The position numbers and the translations under genes are program-made. Of a stretch of 14,685 nucleotides of DNA, positions 7,012-14,685 are shown in pieces. The DNA lies in contig JBMYPC010000078.1 in assembly GCA_049599895.1 (NCBI GenBank), positions 1-14,685 of the forward strand. Reading direction: 5' to 3'. The notes below the pieces were generated by a model. The model worked only from the letters and a program-made list of their open reading frames with translations, ran no database searches and was not told where the DNA came from. The stretch's first letter is position 1. Each line of letters opens with the position of its first letter. This DNA is from Bacteriovoracaceae bacterium. Its GTDB lineage: Bacteria; Bdellovibrionota; Bacteriovoracia; Bacteriovoracales; Bacteriovoracaceae.

Positions 7012-7794
7012 ATGGTAAATTTTAATGAATATGTCAGAGATGTTTTTTTAAAAACAAATGAGAAAAACCCTTTATTCTCATTAAGGGCCTTTGCCAAAAA
7101 ACTTGAAATCGCACCATCTACGGCAAGTGAAATCATCAGTGGAAAAAGAAGCCCAGACCTTGAGTTGGCCACAATGATCCTTCAAACTTTAAAATGCCCT
7201 GAAGATACAACACTGGAACTTCTTTCTGGACTTGAGTTAAGATTAAAAGCCCAAGAGCTCAAAAAAAAGCCAATCCTCAAAAAAATTAATAAAAGCTATA
7301 ATCAAAATACTCTTGAGATGGATCACTTTAGTGTCATTAAAGATTGGTGGCATTATGCGATTATTAATCTCATTGAACTTGAGCATTTTAAAAATGATTC
7401 ACTTTGGATCAGTTCAATGCTTGGAATCACAGAAGAGCAATGTCTTGAAGCGATTGAAAGACTAAAGAGATTAAAAATCTTAAGCGAAGTTGAAGGCAAA
7501 CTTTTCTTTGAAGCGAAGAATCTTGCCAGTCCTTCAGGTATCCCCTCACAGTCAATTCGAAGTTTTCATAAACAAATTCTTGAAAAGGCCATTACCTCAC
7601 TCGAGAAAGAATCTCTTGATGTTAGATCTCATACAAATATTATGATTCCGGCAAACACAAAAGCTTTTGCTATCGCAAGAGAAGAAATTAAAAACTTTCG
7701 AAGACGTCTTGGTACCTTACTCGAAACAGGCCCAGCTGATCGAGTTTATAACCTCTCGATTCAACTTTTCCCAATTTCGAAGAGGGCCGAATGA
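7012..7794 (+). CDS. TIGR02147/DUF4423-type protein with N-terminal Cro/XRE-like HTH (putative regulator)
   Basis: KNPLFSLRAFAKKLEIAPSTASEIISGKR, DWWHYAIINL, IRSFHKQILEKA, VYNLSIQLFPIS: the pattern I recognise for this family, which is expanded in Bdellovibrionota and Fibrobacter. Confidence 0.85.
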   Translation: MVNFNEYVRDVFLKTNEKNPLFSLRAFAKKLEIAPSTASEIISGKRSPDLELATMILQTLKCPEDTTLELLSGLELRLKAQELKKKPILKKINKSYNQNTLEMDHFSVIKDWWHYAIINLIELEHFKNDSLWISSMLGITEEQCLEAIERLKRLKILSEVEGKLFFEAKNLASPSGIPSQSIRSFHKQILEKAITSLEKESLDVRSHTNIMIPANTKAFAIAREEIKNFRRRLGTLLETGPADRVYNLSIQLFPISKRAE

Positions 7795-9293
7795 TGAAAA
7801 TGCTAATCATAAGCCTTTTTCTTTCTACAAGTTTTAATCTCTTTTCTGGGGAATTATCCGAAGTGATGAAAAGCGCTCTCAGCTCAGATCGAATTGCAAA
7901 AAAAGTTGATGATCATTTTCGTGATCTTATGACCCAAAAAGGGACCGAAACAGGCGATGGTGGTGACTATATTAGGGCCAGCTTCATCCCCAAAGCGACA
8001 AAAATATGGATGTTAGTTGAAGACAATTTAAAATACAGACAAATTCCTGTTTGGCCTTATTATCTTAGACCAACAGAAATTCTACAAAAGATTAATATCA
8101 ACTCGATTAAACTCTCCAAAACAGATGTTGTTCTCGATAACGGCGGTTCAAGAGTTTACGGAAGAGTTCTCAATCTTAAAGACCAAGGATCGGCGCAGAT
8201 CGCTGAAAAGTACATTGACGTTTCTCAAGTTAAGTCAGAAAGAGTCCTTATTCTTTCTCAAAACGATCTTCCCACAGATCAGGTTGATCAAAAGTTTTTT
8301 CGCTTTGTAATTCACGAGGGGCTTCGCCTTGTAGGAATAAATGATGACAACTCTCTGATCACAAATAACATCATCAACCAACTTGAATGGATTCTCTCGC
8401 AAAAGCCAGACACTCCATTTAATGAAGTTTATGAAAATGATGTTATGTTCATGATTTCAGTTCCTCAATTCTCTCGCAAAGTTTTCCTTGATCAAGGAGG
8501 AGACCCAGAAGTTATTAAACAAATTCAAAATGACCTTGATGAAATCGAATCTTTTTTGCCAGAATGGACCTACACTGATCATGGTCAAAACAATATCACT
8601 CTTAAAAAGTCTCAAATACAAGAAAAGCCAAGCTTTAGAGATCGCCTTATAAACGTCATCCACACTTATAAGAAAAGTCTTAATGTCATTAAAAAGATTT
8701 CTCGATCACAAGACGATTATAAAATTAAAATTGCAGATCAGCCAGCAATCTCAAGCCAATTCATCATGGCAAAAATCGAATCAGACCTTGAAACCATGTC
8801 AAATTTTTATCGCTATACCATTGAAAAGCTTTGGCCGAATCTCTATAAAATGAGTGAGGTTCTAACCTTCAAGCTCAATGGACTCTCAAAAAACTTTAAC
8901 TTTTGTGAAAGCATTGGACTTGCCACAATCTCTCAAAAGCTTCTTTTTATTCAAGGTAAGAATATTGCTTTTATTCTTCTCAGACAAAATGTCCAAGAGC
9001 TTCGGGCCAAGCTCATTGGAGATGTTTTTTCTCCCTTAGAACTTCGAACTCAAAATCAACCTTTTGCAACACTCTCTCTTAAAAATGATAGCGGACAATC
9101 AGCAGCAGCAAATGGAAAAGCTGACGCGATTTTAAAAACAGACTTTATGGAAGGATCTGATGGAATCTTTCGAGGCACCCTTTATCTCAATGATTGGATT
9201 GGCGGGTTTTCGGACGTTGAGATTCCTGTTCAATGCAAATTCATGACAGGATCCCACCCTGATTTATCAATATTTAAAGAACACTACCTATAG
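7791..9293 (+). CDS. Secreted hypothetical protein with GxxxGDGGD motif and degenerate zincin-like HEGLR segment
   Basis: 500-aa ORF, ATGA overlap with upstream stop; signal MKMLIISLFLSTSFNLFS; GTETGDGGD (7941-7967); FVIHEGLRLVGINDD (HE at 8313-8318). Confidence 0.8.
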   Translation: MMKMLIISLFLSTSFNLFSGELSEVMKSALSSDRIAKKVDDHFRDLMTQKGTETGDGGDYIRASFIPKATKIWMLVEDNLKYRQIPVWPYYLRPTEILQKININSIKLSKTDVVLDNGGSRVYGRVLNLKDQGSAQIAEKYIDVSQVKSERVLILSQNDLPTDQVDQKFFRFVIHEGLRLVGINDDNSLITNNIINQLEWILSQKPDTPFNEVYENDVMFMISVPQFSRKVFLDQGGDPEVIKQIQNDLDEIESFLPEWTYTDHGQNNITLKKSQIQEKPSFRDRLINVIHTYKKSLNVIKKISRSQDDYKIKIADQPAISSQFIMAKIESDLETMSNFYRYTIEKLWPNLYKMSEVLTFKLNGLSKNFNFCESIGLATISQKLLFIQGKNIAFILLRQNVQELRAKLIGDVFSPLELRTQNQPFATLSLKNDSGQSAAANGKADAILKTDFMEGSDGIFRGTLYLNDWIGGFSDVEIPVQCKFMTGSHPDLSIFKEHYL

Positions 9294-9303
9294 GAGAACA
9301 ACG

Positions 9304-9663
9304 ATGAAACACATTATTTTGCTTTTTACCTTGCTTGCCTCAACAAGCTCACTTGCAAGCTGCTTTGCCTTTATTGCGCCAGCTGATAAAGTCTTAGGAC
9401 TTAATGGAAATAAAGTTGGTATTGAAGCTCCCCAAAGCTTTCATGATGACATTAAAAAAGTTAAAGGAGCTCTTCAGCAAAAGAAATATCGAACAATTCC
9501 GATTGAAGGATCTGCAAGCCTGATCATTAGGTCTCTTTATATCGATGAGGACAACGATTCACACATTGTAAGGTATTACTACAGCTCAGATTCTAAAGAT
9601 ATTATCACAGCCTCAGGGAGAAGCTACGCCGAAGCACTCGACTCACTTAACCCTTGTGACTAG
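9304..9663 (+). CDS. Small secreted hypothetical protein with a terminal Cys pair
   Basis: AGGAG RBS at 9292-9296; signal MKHIILLFTLLASTSSLA; only two Cys, at the extreme ends of the mature chain (SC... / ...PCD). Confidence 0.8.
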   Translation: MKHIILLFTLLASTSSLASCFAFIAPADKVLGLNGNKVGIEAPQSFHDDIKKVKGALQQKKYRTIPIEGSASLIIRSLYIDEDNDSHIVRYYYSSDSKDIITASGRSYAEALDSLNPCD

Positions 9664-11060
9664 TATTTGTGATTAACATGAGTCGTAAAGTAACCAAGGA
9701 GTAGTCCTCCGGCACCTTTACGGCTTTCTTTTTCAAGCGGAACAACTATTCCATTAAAGTTGTTAAGGATTGAAACAAATGCCGCTGTCATAACTCCAAG
9801 GTTTCGAAGCTCATACTTTGGAGCTTTTTCAGTTCCGGCATTCACATTAACCATCGTGAAAACAGGTCCACCGCTATCCCCTGGACCAACAGCATGAAGA
9901 AACTCATTGGTTTTTAACATCAGGGCCTTAAGGCTTCCCTTTTCAAATGTGTGTTTCGCACTTGATAACATCTTAAGTTTTGAAAGTTCATCAGACTTCA
10001 CAAAGTTCATAAACCCAACTCTTCTTGTTCCATTATATTCAAAGTTTGCCAGACTTGGATCTTTCATAAGTTGAGCAGCATAATGGCGATAGCGAATTTC
10101 TTCATATGTCAGATCTTGACCATAACCGACAGCAAAAACAGCTGGGTAAGCATCAAGTTTCTTATACTCATCTCTCGAAATACGAGGAATAATTTCTGAC
10201 TTTTCAAAAGAGCTTTCAAACTTTAACCATGCAATATCAGGAGTGTGACTTTGCTCACAAAGAAGAGCCGCTTCAAACTGAGAAATAGTTTTTACATCCT
10301 TTCTTTCAGCTGACTCTAAGAACTTCTTTCCATTCTCACTCTTAAGATCATAGTAATAATTAACTGCTGGAGCTTCTTTTTCTTCTTCCGTTTTATATTT
10401 AGGTTCGAGATAAAGAGCATACGACTCACCTTTACAAGCGTAATACTCGTTTGTTCCATCTGTTAAAATCTTTCCAACAAAATATTTTTGATAATCCTTT
10501 TTATCCATTACATCATAGAGAGCATAGAGAAACTTCCTTAAGAGCTCTTTTCTTTTTGAATGAATCACAATTTCTTTTGCAATCCTTACAGTGCTTTCTT
10601 CATTAGGAATAACCTTTCCAAAATCAAGGTTATTGCCTTTATAGACACCAACTTTAAGAGTATTGGTCTTTAGAATGTTATTGAGCTCTTTATCAATGTT
10701 GGCGCGAATTGTGCTTTTGAAACTGAAATACCAGTTTTTGAAATCTTTTTTTCTTTTCGCTTTAAAATGATCAAGGATCGTTCCTTCAAAACAATGAGCG
10801 GCGGTTGCAAATGTCTTCTCCAATACCGGAGTTCCCGAACAAAACATCGCATACTGATCAGAACCTTCGTTTTTAGAGACGACGGCCATGACCTGCTTGA
10901 ACTCTCCATCTTTATCCTCGATACCATTAACAATTGAGCCATCAAGAAAACGAGACTTTTCACCTTCAAGATTATTGGTCTGCCCACATGAAGTAAGAAG
11001 CCCTAGAGAGAGTAAGAGTAGTAATGTAATTTTTTCTTTTGCGTGTTGTATTTTTTCCAT
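9660..11060 (-). CDS. S1 (trypsin/chymotrypsin-fold) serine protease, lipoprotein, 466 aa
   Basis: Lipobox LLTSC; IVNG; CSG..TAAHC (His 10794-10796); PDIAW (Asp 10236-10238); GDSGGP (Ser 9873-9875). Start at 11060 preferred (AGGA upstream); 11081 is the alternative. Confidence 0.93.
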   Translation of the reverse strand: MEKIQHAKEKITLLLLLSLGLLTSCGQTNNLEGEKSRFLDGSIVNGIEDKDGEFKQVMAVVSKNEGSDQYAMFCSGTPVLEKTFATAAHCFEGTILDHFKAKRKKDFKNWYFSFKSTIRANIDKELNNILKTNTLKVGVYKGNNLDFGKVIPNEESTVRIAKEIVIHSKRKELLRKFLYALYDVMDKKDYQKYFVGKILTDGTNEYYACKGESYALYLEPKYKTEEEKEAPAVNYYYDLKSENGKKFLESAERKDVKTISQFEAALLCEQSHTPDIAWLKFESSFEKSEIIPRISRDEYKKLDAYPAVFAVGYGQDLTYEEIRYRHYAAQLMKDPSLANFEYNGTRRVGFMNFVKSDELSKLKMLSSAKHTFEKGSLKALMLKTNEFLHAVGPGDSGGPVFTMVNVNAGTEKAPKYELRNLGVMTAAFVSILNNFNGIVVPLEKESRKGAGGLLLGYFTTHVNHKY

Positions 11061-11258
11061 GATTTTTCCTAGCGCTCCCATTATCAGATGGCCCTAGATC
11101 ATGTACTTTTTTCAGGGTTTCCCTTACACCCCTACATTCTTTCTTACAAACTCTTAATTCTGGTAAAAATTACTTTTCAGATAGGTTCTATTTTTTTCTT
11201 CAAAAAATAAAAGATGCCCGATACCGAATGTTATCAGGTTGACAGAAAACAAATTTCA

Positions 11259-11389
11259 TTAAGAGAAGGTAGTGCGAAGACCTTCATTCTTAAACCCTTT
11301 CATTGTATCCCTCTTTAAACAAGGGAGCGTTAATCCTAACGGCTCCCCCTGTTTAGAAGAGATAACCAATGAAAGCCTTCGCTACTACC
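11259..11389 (-). other. Structured 3' UTR of flagellin 2
   Basis: 79-nt hairpin 11297-11375 (CTTTCATTG/CAATGAAAG, TATC/GATA, TAAAC/GTTTA, GGGAGC/GCTCCC, GTTA/TAAC) plus flanking stems. Confidence 0.75.
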
Positions 11390-12215
11390 CGATCAGCCTA
11401 AGCGCTGTTTGAGGTGTATTGTTCGCTTGAGATAACACTGCCGTGTTAGCTTGAGCGAGTATGTTAGCTCTCACCAATTCTGAAGATGATTTAGCGATAT
11501 CTGTGTCACGAACTCTTGAGTTTGCAGCTGATAAGTTTTCAGTTTGCACATCAATGTTTCTCATTGTTGACTGCATTCTGTTTTGGAGTGCACCCAAGTT
11601 TGCTCGTGTACTATTAATTTTTTCAATTGCGCCGTCGATTCCCGCCAAGTTTGACTGTGAATCTTCTTTAGTCAGAACATTCATCGACTCCACTTTAAGA
11701 TCTTCTGCAGTAACAGAATTTTCCCCAGACTCAAATGTTAGTCTTGAGTTTGCATCACCATGAAGACCGATTTGGAAATTCATTTTTTCGCCTTCACCAT
11801 TCAGCAGCTTAACCCCGTTAAACTCTGTAGTGTTTGCGATTCTGTCTAATTCCTCTCTGAGGTTTTGAAATTCCATATCAGAGAATTTTCTCTCAGCATT
11901 TCCAACAGTGTCGTTGGCCGATTGAATTGATAATTCTCTTAATCTAATTAAGATTGAAGAAATTTCGTTGAGTCCACCTTCAGCTGTTTGAACAACTGAA
12001 ACACCATCACTTGCGTTTCTTTTCGCTTGGTGTGAACTTGAAATTTGTGCTTTTAATTTTTCCGAGATAGCTAAACCAGCAGCATCGTCACCTGCTCTGT
12101 TGATTCGACTACCAGAAGACATTTCTGCAAGAGCCTTGTCTTGCGTCTTTCTAATTTGGTTAAGGCTCGATTGTGCTCTTAACGACTGTACGTTTGTGTT
12201 AATTCTAAATCCCAT
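11385..12215 (-). CDS. fliC: Flagellin, minimal type (276 aa)
   Basis: MGFRINTNV...MSSGSRINRAGDDAAGLAISEKL...RANLGALQNR...SRVRDTD...LSQAN..PQTALRLIG; AGGAG RBS. Confidence 0.97.
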   Translation of the reverse strand: MGFRINTNVQSLRAQSSLNQIRKTQDKALAEMSSGSRINRAGDDAAGLAISEKLKAQISSSHQAKRNASDGVSVVQTAEGGLNEISSILIRLRELSIQSANDTVGNAERKFSDMEFQNLREELDRIANTTEFNGVKLLNGEGEKMNFQIGLHGDANSRLTFESGENSVTAEDLKVESMNVLTKEDSQSNLAGIDGAIEKINSTRANLGALQNRMQSTMRNIDVQTENLSAANSRVRDTDIAKSSSELVRANILAQANTAVLSQANNTPQTALRLIG

Positions 12216-12239
12216 TTCTAATCTCCTCTAAACATAGTT

Positions 12240-12255
12240 TCACCTCCCGTGGTAA
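12240..12255 (-). promoter_or_regulatory. Candidate CsrA-binding hairpin in flagellin 2 leader
   Basis: Minus strand TTACC-ACGGGA-GGTGA: 5-bp stem with GGA in a hexaloop, upstream of the GAGGAG RBS. Confidence 0.5.
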
Positions 12256-12312
12256 TTTTAATTAGTGAACCAACCATGTTCACCAAAAGTGTTGAGTTAT
12301 GTACTGGTTAAT

Positions 12313-12339
12313 TATTCGGATATAAGTCTGGGTACTTTA
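12313..12339 (-). promoter_or_regulatory. Sigma28 (FliA)-type promoter of flagellin 2
   Basis: Minus strand TAAA(GT)-N15-TCCGAATA. Confidence 0.75.
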
Positions 12340-12480
12340 GTTTTTTTAGGCAATTTTTTCCCTTTTTTTAAGTACTTAACTGATTTAGTCGGTTGGTCTT
12401 TCTGTCTTTTTAGGTAATTAGCCTTGGTACCCGACAAAGGGTGTAAGGTATTAATATTATTTATTTTTTGAGTTACTTGG

Positions 12481-12933
12481 TTATTTGCGGATTTTCTCTA
12501 TTAAATTGGTGGAAGAATAACCATCTATAAAAGATAGACTCTGAACGGTACCACCATTTGCTTCAACAATATCATAACCAACGATTTGTTCTTTCTGCCA
12601 ATCTCCACCTTTAACTAAGATGTCGGGCATGATGGACTTTATAAGCTCTATTGGAGTTTCGTCACTAAAGATCTCAACAGAATCAACGGCTTTTAAATTT
12701 TCTAAAAGAAACTTTCGATCATCCTCATTATTAATAGGACGTTCTGGTCCCTTAAGACCTCGTACAGAACTATCAGAATTTAAACCTAGTATAAGGATGT
12801 CACCCAGAGCTCTTGCTTCATTAAGATAAGCAATATGACCTCTATGAACAAGATCAAAGCAGCCATTGGTAAAAACGACTTTTTTTCCAGATCGGTTTTT
12901 TATAATATCGAGTGTCTGATTCGTTAATCCCAT
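12481..12933 (-). CDS. rfaE2: D-glycero-beta-D-manno-heptose 1-phosphate adenylyltransferase (stand-alone RfaE/HldE domain II)
   Basis: VVFTNGCFDLVHRGH, LGLNSDSSVRGLKGPERPIN, PDILVKGGDW, GYSSTNLIEKI. Confidence 0.95.
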   Translation of the reverse strand: MGLTNQTLDIIKNRSGKKVVFTNGCFDLVHRGHIAYLNEARALGDILILGLNSDSSVRGLKGPERPINNEDDRKFLLENLKAVDSVEIFSDETPIELIKSIMPDILVKGGDWQKEQIVGYDIVEANGGTVQSLSFIDGYSSTNLIEKIRK

Positions 12934-13727
12934 TTAATAACCACTGAATCAGTAAGACGATCAGAGAGATCGAGAACACTTGGGATGATCATAATAAAAA
13001 GAACAAATCTCATAAGAGCGACTTTGAAACTTGATTTCTTATAACCATTTTCTTTTTCAACCAGCCTAATTCCAAAAAGGCTCTTCCCTAAAGTTTGCCA
13101 ACAATCGAGAAGACTAAAATAAAGCCCCATTTGAATGATAAAAAGAGGAGCAATATAAAGATAGAAATCTGGTCTTATAATGAGTGCTTCCATAATATGC
13201 ATGGGAATTTCATTTAAGTATCCACAACCAAGCATTATTGAAGCAAAGAGAATGACATTCACAAGGACATCAATGACTGAGGCTGCGATCTTTTTTTCAA
13301 TACTTGCTGTCGTTACTTTTTTCACCTTAAGCTTGGTCGTCTTCTTTTTGGTTTGCACAGATGGTGCGGTTACAGGAAGCTCTGGAATCCCCACATCTTT
13401 TAAGCTTACTTCAGGAGATGAAGGCAAAGGCTCAGACAAAGATGACGAACTTGGCATTTTATTCAATGGTTTAGCTTTGGGAAGTCTGGTTTCAAGCCCG
13501 GCTAAAGAGTCCTTTAACTTCTCTCTCAGGTGAGGGTTAGGAGCAGTCTGGCCCTCTTTTCTTACAGTTCGCCGTAAGTTTCTTTCCTCTTCTTCGAGAG
13601 TATTACTTTTATGAAAACCGAGACCGTCTCCAATAAGTTTGAAATCGAGCTCTTCTGGGTCGACTTCAAGAGATGGATTCCATTTAATTTCGGTACCTTG
13701 ATTGTGATTATTTTGTGTGTGTTCCAT
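12924..13727 (-). CDS. RDD family membrane protein with long hydrophilic N-terminal extension
   Basis: ASIEKKIAASVID, QTLGKSLFGIRLV, ALMRF, LSDRLTDSVVI and three hydrophobic segments; 10-nt overlap with rfaE2. Confidence 0.8.
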   Translation of the reverse strand: MEHTQNNHNQGTEIKWNPSLEVDPEELDFKLIGDGLGFHKSNTLEEEERNLRRTVRKEGQTAPNPHLREKLKDSLAGLETRLPKAKPLNKMPSSSSLSEPLPSSPEVSLKDVGIPELPVTAPSVQTKKKTTKLKVKKVTTASIEKKIAASVIDVLVNVILFASIMLGCGYLNEIPMHIMEALIIRPDFYLYIAPLFIIQMGLYFSLLDCWQTLGKSLFGIRLVEKENGYKKSSFKVALMRFVLFIMIIPSVLDLSDRLTDSVVIKWD

Positions 13728-13877
13728 AGAATTTATTTTCTCGGTTTAATTATTAAGCGTCAAGCCAAGCTTAGAACCAATGTCGGCCAGTTTTTGTAGG
13801 GCTTATTTAATCTGCTATTCACCTTTAAAAGCCTAAGATGCCAATCATTGAGACATCTCGCAACGAGACTAAAAAAA

Positions 13878-13982
13878 ATGAAATTACTCACAACACTTAT
13901 GCTTTCTTTCTTAGTGTTTGGTGCGGCGCAGGCTTTTTTTTATTTTAACAAACTTCCAATTCCAGAACTAATCGCATTATAA
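13878..13982 (+). pseudogene. Orphan signal-peptide ORF (34 aa), probable remnant of a deleted secreted-protein gene
   Basis: MKLLTTLMLSFLVFGAAQA-FFYFNKLPIPELIAL*; textbook signal ending AQA at 13934, remainder is almost all antisense of rsmE. Confidence 0.5.
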
Positions 13983-14638
13983 GTTTTGAGAATATAGCTT
14001 TTAAGATTTAAACCAACAACATCCTTTGCCAAGATCTTCTCTTCTTCATTTTTTGAAAACCCCGCTTCGGGGCCGATAAAAAGGGAGAAACTTTCCGATT
14101 TGTGTGTGCCTGATTCAGCATCCCTATTCAAAGTCATTAAATAATGTTTTTTACTACCTAAATTTTCTAATACATGATTTAAACTTTTTGGGCCATCCAG
14201 TTCTAACTGAAAAGGATTGTTCGATTGTTCATACGAGCCCTTTAATATCTTTTGGTAACGAGCTTTTTGTTTTTCATCATTTAGGTCTGGTCTGAACTGA
14301 GAATATTCAGCATCGATAAGTACAAGCTTTTTCACACCCATTTGAACTGAAACCCTGAGGCATTCTTCAAAGTATTCTTTTTTTGGAGTCCCAAGATAGA
14401 TTGTGATATCTGACTTTCTTTTTGCGAGTTTTTCATCCTGAAGCTTTAGAACAACCTGACGTTTTTGAATTTCTTGGATTTGATAAGTTCTCTCCATGCC
14501 AGTCCCGTCAAGAACAAGAAGATCCTCACCAACTCTAAGTCTTAAAACTTTTCCCAGGTAATGAACATCTGAAGAATCATCAACAATGATTTCATTTTGA
14601 AAGAATTCACTTGGCTTATCTAAATAAAGAGCTCTCAT
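13940..14638 (-). CDS. rsmE: 16S rRNA m3U1498 methyltransferase
   Basis: HYLGKVLRLRVGE, VQMGV, SYEQS, SPOUT knot FIGPEAGFS; follows a prmA-like gene. Confidence 0.9.
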   Translation of the reverse strand: MRALYLDKPSEFFQNEIIVDDSSDVHYLGKVLRLRVGEDLLVLDGTGMERTYQIQEIQKRQVVLKLQDEKLAKRKSDITIYLGTPKKEYFEECLRVSVQMGVKKLVLIDAEYSQFRPDLNDEKQKARYQKILKGSYEQSNNPFQLELDGPKSLNHVLENLGSKKHYLMTLNRDAESGTHKSESFSLFIGPEAGFSKNEEEKILAKDVVGLNLKSYILKTYNAISSGIGSLLK

Positions 14639-14640
14639 AA

Positions 14641-14685
14641 TTATTTTCTAAAACTAATGGCCACCCACTCACCTTTAGAGAGTGT
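14641..14685 (-). CDS. prmA: 3' end of upstream gene, probably ribosomal protein L11 methyltransferase (...TLSKGEWVAISFRK*)
   Basis: GEWVA C-terminal motif plus the common prmA-rsmE gene order; only 14 codons visible. Confidence 0.6.
   Translation of the reverse strand, partial: TLSKGEWVAISFRK

Noticed and set aside
11122..12448. 10-bp inverted repeat CCTTACACCC / GGGTGTAAGG flanking flagellin 2 (invertible segment?)
   Set aside because: Matches this short are expected by chance in 14.7 kb, and no invertase is present
6978..14295. Other short alternative-frame ORFs (6978, 8125, 8457, 10670, 10888, 12620, 13180, 13611, 14104)
   Set aside because: Shadows of supported genes
1..14685. CRISPR array, tRNA/rRNA, IS or prophage genes
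   Set aside because: No regularly spaced repeats, canonical RNA-gene signatures, or transposase/integrase/phage motifs seen by eye

Overview
AT-rich bacterial window, most consistent with a Bdellovibrionota predator (Bacteriovoracia/Halobacteriovorax-like); the taxon is inferred from two minimal ~277-aa flagellins, a TIGR02147/DUF4423-type HTH protein and many orphan secreted proteins. Two co-directional flagellin genes, each with a sigma28-type promoter and highly structured UTRs, bracket a ~10 kb accessory block. The block holds a probably truncated secreted gene, a TetR regulator, a shattered S1-protease pseudogene, a 1094-aa signal-peptide protein with two Clp-D2-like AAA+ modules fused to an FtsH-type M41 zinc protease, a TIGR02147-type regulator coupled to two secreted proteins, and an intact S1 serine-protease lipoprotein with large insertions. 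The right end is housekeeping (prmA 3' end, rsmE, RDD protein, rfaE2). The most striking items are the apparently exported tandem-AAA/M41 protease, a long 3'-UTR hairpin with a GGAU loop shared by both flagellins, and repeated decay of secreted-protein genes. No rRNA, tRNA, CRISPR or transposase was seen.
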